Below are positions 59,369 through 64,000 of a DNA stretch of 64,000 nucleotides, piece after piece (positions within the stretch are counted from its first letter, which is position 1; each line of letters begins with the position of its first letter). This stretch comes from Candidatus Bathyarchaeia archaeon (GTDB taxonomy: Archaea; Thermoproteota; Bathyarchaeia; Bathyarchaeales; Bathycorpusculaceae), in assembly GCA_050010515.1 (NCBI GenBank), contig JBEKKX010000003.1:1-64000 (forward strand). Reading direction: 5' to 3'. The notes beneath the pieces are model-generated. The model did no database searches. It was not told the origin of the DNA and saw only the letters and a program-made list of their open reading frames with translations. A program made the translations under genes and the position numbers.

Positions 59369-60388
59369 ATGGCTATAAAAGTAGGAATTAACGGATTCGG
59401 AAGAATCGGAAGGCTTCTTTACCGCGCAGCACTTGAACGCAACGCAAAAATTGATTTCGTAGCAATCAACGATCTTGCAGACGCGAAAACAAATGCTCAT
59501 CTCCTCAAATATGACTCAATTCACGGGCGCTTCCCCGGCACAGTTGAAGTCATCGGGAATGACATGGTCGTCAACGGAAAAACTCTCAAATGTCTCAGCG
59601 TAAAAGACCCAGTAGCACTGCCATGGAAAGACCTTGGAGTTTACTTAGCAGTAGAATCCACTGGCTTGTTTACCAACCGTGAAGGTGCAAGTAAACATTT
59701 TCAAGCAGGAGCAAAGAAAGTCCTCATTTCAGCGCCAGCAGAAAACCCAGATGCAACCTTTGTGTTAGGCGTAAATGATGAGTCGTATGACCCAGAAAAA
59801 CACAATATTTTAAGCAATGCTTCATGTACAACAAACTGCCTGGCACCAATCAGCAAGGTATTAGTCGACAACTTTGGCTTAGAAAAAGGCTTAATGACAA
59901 CATGCCACAGCTACACAAACGACCAAAAAGTCCAAGACCTTGTCCACAAAGACCCACGCAGAGCAAGAGCAGCAGCAATCAACATCATCCCAACAAGCAC
60001 TGGTGCAGCAAAAGCAATCGGCTTAGTTTTGCCAAGTTGCGCTGGAAAAATGAATGGCTATTCCCTGCGTGTGCCTACAGCAGACGTGTCCATTGTTGAC
60101 TTAACCGCTATATTAGGCAAAGAAGTCACCAGAGACGAAATTAATGCAGCTATGAAGAAAGCCGCAGAAGGTCCCCTTAAAGGCATCTTACAGTACACTG
60201 AAGACCCAATCGTTTCAACCGACGTACTACACAGCACTTACTCAGCAGTCCTAGATGCACAATTAACCATGGTTTTAGGCGAAAAGAGCAACTTCGTTAA
60301 AGTCTTCGCATGGTACGATAACGAATGGGGCTTTAGCAACCGCATGGTTGAATTCATCGAAATGATCGGCAAAAAAGCAGGCTTTTAA
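59369..60388 (+). CDS. gap: Class I (bacterial-type) glyceraldehyde-3-phosphate dehydrogenase
   Basis: [40 protein letters not shown]. Confidence 0.96.
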   Translation: MAIKVGINGFGRIGRLLYRAALERNAKIDFVAINDLADAKTNAHLLKYDSIHGRFPGTVEVIGNDMVVNGKTLKCLSVKDPVALPWKDLGVYLAVESTGLFTNREGASKHFQAGAKKVLISAPAENPDATFVLGVNDESYDPEKHNILSNASCTTNCLAPISKVLVDNFGLEKGLMTTCHSYTNDQKVQDLVHKDPRRARAAAINIIPTSTGAAKAIGLVLPSCAGKMNGYSLRVPTADVSIVDLTAILGKEVTRDEINAAMKKAAEGPLKGILQYTEDPIVSTDVLHSTYSAVLDAQLTMVLGEKSNFVKVFAWYDNEWGFSNRMVEFIEMIGKKAGF

Positions 60389-60456
60389 GCAATCAAACAA
60401 GCTTAAATCCTTCCTATCTTTTTCTTTTCTAACTAAACAGAAAGAAGCGAATTAAC

Positions 60457-61689
60457 ATGGCGAAATACAAAACCTTGGATGATTTTGATGTAAAGAACAA
60501 AGTTGTTCTTGTCAGAGTAGATTTCAACTCAGAAATAGATCCTGCAACTAAGAAAGTTACAAGCGACGTACGCATAAAAGCGCATGCTGAATCGACGCTT
60601 AAGGAGCTGGCTGAAAAAGGCGCCAAAACCGTTGTCCTAGCACATCAAGGACGCAAAGGAGACCCAGACTACACATCACTAAAACAACACGCGGAAATAC
60701 TGCAAAAAATACTCAAGTGCCCAGTAAAATACGTCGATGATGTCTTTGGTGAAAAAGCAAAAAACGCCATCAAAAACCTGCAAGCCGGAGAAATCCTAGT
60801 TCTTGAAAACGTACGCTCCTGGGATGGAGAAACGAAAAGTGGCACACCAGAACAACAAAGCAAAACTGAACTTGTCCAAAACCTCGCACCACTCGCGGAT
60901 TTATTCGTTAACGATGCTTTCGCCGCTGCACACCGTGGACACGTTTCAATGGTTGGCTTCACCGCAGTATTGCCAAGTGCTGCAGGGCGCATAATGGAAC
61001 GTGAGCTGAAAAGTTTAAGCAAAGCATTGGAGAAACCTGAGAAGCCTTCAGTGTACGTTATGGGTGGAGCAAAAGCCGATGATAGCCTTGAAATCAGCAA
61101 GTATGTTCTGGGCAACGGCATAGCAGATTATGTGATTGTTGGCGGTGTAACTTCGCAGTTGTTCCTTGCAGCTAAGGGCGTTGATTTGGGCAAGAAGACA
61201 ATGGATTTTCTTGCAAAGAAAGAGTTAACAGGCTTAATTCCAGGCATTAAAGCGTTAATGGAGCAGTATGGCGATAAGGTTGTCGTGCCAGTTGATCTTG
61301 CCTTAGACGTTAATGGTAAACGCAAAGAAATCCCCGTGAGTAAGCTGCCGACTGAATACTCAATTTTTGACATAGGCGCAAAAACCGTCGAGAACTATTC
61401 AAAAATCATTTCAAACGCTAAATCCATCGTTGTCAGCGGACCAATGGGAGTTTACGAGAACAAAGAATTCAACTACGGCACCAAAAAAGTCTTCGAAGCC
61501 ATAGCAAACAGCAAAGCCTTCAGCTTAGCAGGCGGCGGAAACACCATCGCAGCCATACAAGAATATAACCTGAGCAAAAAAATCGGTTACATAAGCACAG
61601 CGGGCGGAGCACTAATCGAATTCTTAATGGGCAAAAAACTGCCAGGCGTTGTGGCGCTAGAAACAGCTACTAAGACTAAGAAAATCTAA
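60457..61689 (+). CDS. pgk: Phosphoglycerate kinase
   Basis: RVDFN, HQGR, LENVR, NDAFAAAHR, GGAK, STAGGA. Confidence 0.96.
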   Translation: MAKYKTLDDFDVKNKVVLVRVDFNSEIDPATKKVTSDVRIKAHAESTLKELAEKGAKTVVLAHQGRKGDPDYTSLKQHAEILQKILKCPVKYVDDVFGEKAKNAIKNLQAGEILVLENVRSWDGETKSGTPEQQSKTELVQNLAPLADLFVNDAFAAAHRGHVSMVGFTAVLPSAAGRIMERELKSLSKALEKPEKPSVYVMGGAKADDSLEISKYVLGNGIADYVIVGGVTSQLFLAAKGVDLGKKTMDFLAKKELTGLIPGIKALMEQYGDKVVVPVDLALDVNGKRKEIPVSKLPTEYSIFDIGAKTVENYSKIISNAKSIVVSGPMGVYENKEFNYGTKKVFEAIANSKAFSLAGGGNTIAAIQEYNLSKKIGYISTAGGALIEFLMGKKLPGVVALETATKTKKI

Positions 61690-61716
61690 CTTTCTTTTTC
61701 TTTATTTTTTATTGCT

Positions 61717-62460
61717 TTATTTGCTTATTGAAATAATTTCGGTAAGACTTTCGCTGATTGATTGGAGATCTTTTGCAATAAAGTCTGGTTTTTGCAGGCT
61801 ATCCAATAGGTCTTTTAGGGTGTTAAACTGTGACGCAACAAAGACCGTTTTTAGTCCTGCTTGTTTAGCGCCTTTAATGTCCTCGATTGGGCTGTCGCCT
61901 ATGTAAACTGCTTCTTTTGCTTGGACTAGCAGCTTATTTAGCGCGTCTTGGAATATGTGGCTGCTTGGTTTGCGCCAGCCGTTTTCCTCCGAAATCACAA
62001 CCGCATTGAAGAACGTGTTCATTCCAAGTTTTCTTAGGCTTGAGTAGATGACTGGTGCATGGGTGAAGTTTGAGATTAACGCTACTTTGCACTGTTCTTT
62101 GGCTTGTTTGATTAGTTTTTTTGCGCCTGCCCGTAGCTCAAGCATGTCTACGTAGTCTTTGAAGAAAACGTTTAGGGCAGCTTTAATTCGGTAATCATCC
62201 GCCGTCGCCTTAAAGCCTAGATTGCAAAGTGCTTCTGCCACCCAAACTGCGTTGGTTACTTCTCTTAGCTGTTCATAGCGTATTTTGCGGTATTTCTCGT
62301 GCGCTTGTATGTAGGCTTCCAAAAACTTGTCTTTGGCAACATCAAAACCTTCATTCGCCAATGCTGCGTGGAGTTTCTCTCTTGAGGCTTCCATGGTGTA
62401 GTTTCCGCAGTTGACCAGTGTGCCAACGTAATCAAATATTACTGCTTTAATGCATGCCAT
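61717..62460 (-). CDS. HAD-superfamily hydrolase
   Basis: FDYVGTL, ISN, RKP, IGDS..EDI.GA. Confidence 0.9.
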   Translation of the reverse strand: MACIKAVIFDYVGTLVNCGNYTMEASREKLHAALANEGFDVAKDKFLEAYIQAHEKYRKIRYEQLREVTNAVWVAEALCNLGFKATADDYRIKAALNVFFKDYVDMLELRAGAKKLIKQAKEQCKVALISNFTHAPVIYSSLRKLGMNTFFNAVVISEENGWRKPSSHIFQDALNKLLVQAKEAVYIGDSPIEDIKGAKQAGLKTVFVASQFNTLKDLLDSLQKPDFIAKDLQSISESLTEIISISK

Positions 62461-62462
62461 GT

Positions 62463-63209
62463 TTAGGGTTCTCTCTTTTTCGCTAAGATATTGTTGTCGG
62501 CTACTTGTTGGATTTTTTTGCCAACAGCGGTGTTAAGCAACTTCTCTACGTCACCGATAGCGGCTTCAACCTGTAGGTCAAAGGGAATTTCTCCTAGAAA
62601 CTTTAACTCTAACTTTCCTGTTTCCTCTGCGATGTCTTTTGCCTTGTCCATTTTCATGTTTTCGATGACGCCGATAATTGGCATTTTTAAGTCGCATAGA
62701 AGAATTACTTGTTTTTTTACGGTTTCAAAAGCCAAAAGTGAAGGCGTTGTAACGATTAGGAACTCTATGCGTTTAATCAGCCTTACCAAATCAAGAACTG
62801 CGTCGCCGATGCCTGGCGGCATGTCAATTACGAGAAAATCAAGCGTACCCCACTGCGTAACTGCTAAGAGCTCGATTAAAGCGTTTGAAACATCCGCTCC
62901 GCGCAGTGGTGCTGGTTTATCGCCTACAAAGTAAACAAGCGACATGTATTCTAAGCCGCGAACTATTGGCGGAATTAAGCCTTTTTCCTCTTTCAGCTGC
63001 ACATTTTCAGCGCCGAGGATTATGTGGGTTGATGGGCTGGTGAAGTCTAAGTCGAATAAGCCTACTTTGCAGCCGTTATGTGCCAAGGTTAATGCGAGCG
63101 TGGTTGCAACCATGCTTTTTCCAACCCCGCCTTTGCCGCTTGAAACGGCGATAATTCTGCTTATTCGGCTTAAACGCTCGTTTATCACGCTTGTTCTTGG
63201 GTCAACCAC
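62463..63209 (-). CDS. Mrp/NBP35 family P-loop ATPase (hydrogenase maturation associated)
   Basis: SGKGGVGKS, DMPPG, VTTP, ENM. Directly downstream of hypA. Confidence 0.92.
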   Translation of the reverse strand: MVDPRTSVINERLSRISRIIAVSSGKGGVGKSMVATTLALTLAHNGCKVGLFDLDFTSPSTHIILGAENVQLKEEKGLIPPIVRGLEYMSLVYFVGDKPAPLRGADVSNALIELLAVTQWGTLDFLVIDMPPGIGDAVLDLVRLIKRIEFLIVTTPSLLAFETVKKQVILLCDLKMPIIGVIENMKMDKAKDIAEETGKLELKFLGEIPFDLQVEAAIGDVEKLLNTAVGKKIQQVADNNILAKKREP

Positions 63210-63211
63210 GA

Positions 63212-63610
63212 TTATCTGGCTCCTTTTATGTTCTCAAGCCAAACCCCACGTCCGCTGACGATTTCAAAGTCAGGACTGCCACATTTTGGACACTTAATGT
63301 AACTGTGAGCTACCTCGGGAACGAAATGGATGGCTTCAGCAGTTTCTTTATCCATTTTTTTACTGTTAAACTGCCAAGTGGTTCCGCAAACCCTACATTT
63401 TAGCGTTGTTTTGGCTTTTAGGATGCGGAATTTAGCGTTCTTAAAAATCGGCGGCTTCATCTGCGAAATAGCAAAACGCAAAATGCCAGCCTCAACTTGC
63501 TGGAGCTCACCAACCCTAATGGTGACCTCTGTAACTTCCTTCAACTTCTCCTTCTCAGCAACCTCTTTCGCGGATGCTATGATTGCTTCAGCTAAAGCCC
63601 ACTCATGCAT
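63212..63610 (-). CDS. hypA: Hydrogenase nickel incorporation protein HypA
   Basis: MHE, GELQQV, CRVC, CPKC, GRG. Confidence 0.95.
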   Translation of the reverse strand: MHEWALAEAIIASAKEVAEKEKLKEVTEVTIRVGELQQVEAGILRFAISQMKPPIFKNAKFRILKAKTTLKCRVCGTTWQFNSKKMDKETAEAIHFVPEVAHSYIKCPKCGSPDFEIVSGRGVWLENIKGAR

Positions 63611-64000
63611 AAACTCTCATTACTTAGCTGACATTTAAAAAGAATATTGCCGACAAGATGAATTTCAAATAAAAATATTGCCTTTCATGTGAATTGCCGA
63701 ACCAAAAAAAGGGGTGAATTTCAACTTTAGAAATATGATTCTGAATGCCAAGCCATGAAGAGCGCTGTTTGCGAAAGTAAAGAGTATCTTTGTTCTCGGT
63801 AGCACCGCTATTTTTTATTGAAGATAAGTCTTAAATCTGAAAAGCGTAGAATAAAAAGCCACCTTTCGCTTGTTGGAAACAAGAGGCAAAAGGCACATAA
63901 CGAAAAAAGTTAAATCTGCTTTGAATACTAATGTGAGATTGAATTTAGTGGCTAATAGGAAATAGAGGAACCCATTAATTGCAGAAGAAAAAAATCTTAA

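Noticed and set aside
13895-63638. Numerous 60-150 aa ORFs antisense to or nested in well-supported genes (for example 13895..14329, 40356..40796, 60669..61121, 62491..62934)
   Set aside because: Shadow ORFs of real genes, with no independent motifs or translation signals.

Overview
This is archaeal chromosomal DNA. TFE, uS15-DHH-Pcc1, a tRNA with a bulge-helix-bulge intron, GGAGGTGA ribosome-binding sites and the overall gene set suggest Candidatus Bathyarchaeia, though that assignment is an inference. Layout from left to right: (i) 1-7.3 kb, an AT-rich accessory region of small, unrelated, often defence-like genes separated by a recurrent TTAATC-N4-GATTAA intergenic element, followed by a truncated GHKL ATPase and decayed nuclease genes; (ii) 7.7-20 kb, core genes plus a ribophorin-I-like protein; (iii) 20-37.5 kb, a large copper/oxidative-stress/thiol-redox cluster; (iv) 37.5-55 kb, an island-like block ending at tRNA-Arg(CCG), with a type I R-M locus (frameshifted hsdM), a KGG/DUF2795 stress-protein cluster sharing a 24-bp upstream motif, a B12 radical SAM gene and two tandem beta-propeller/ArnT-like fusion genes; (v) 55-64 kb, a GT4 gene, bacterial-type gap, pgk, HAD, Mrp and hypA. 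No CRISPR array, rRNA gene, integrase or transposase was seen. All family calls come from recognising motifs by eye; no database searches were run.
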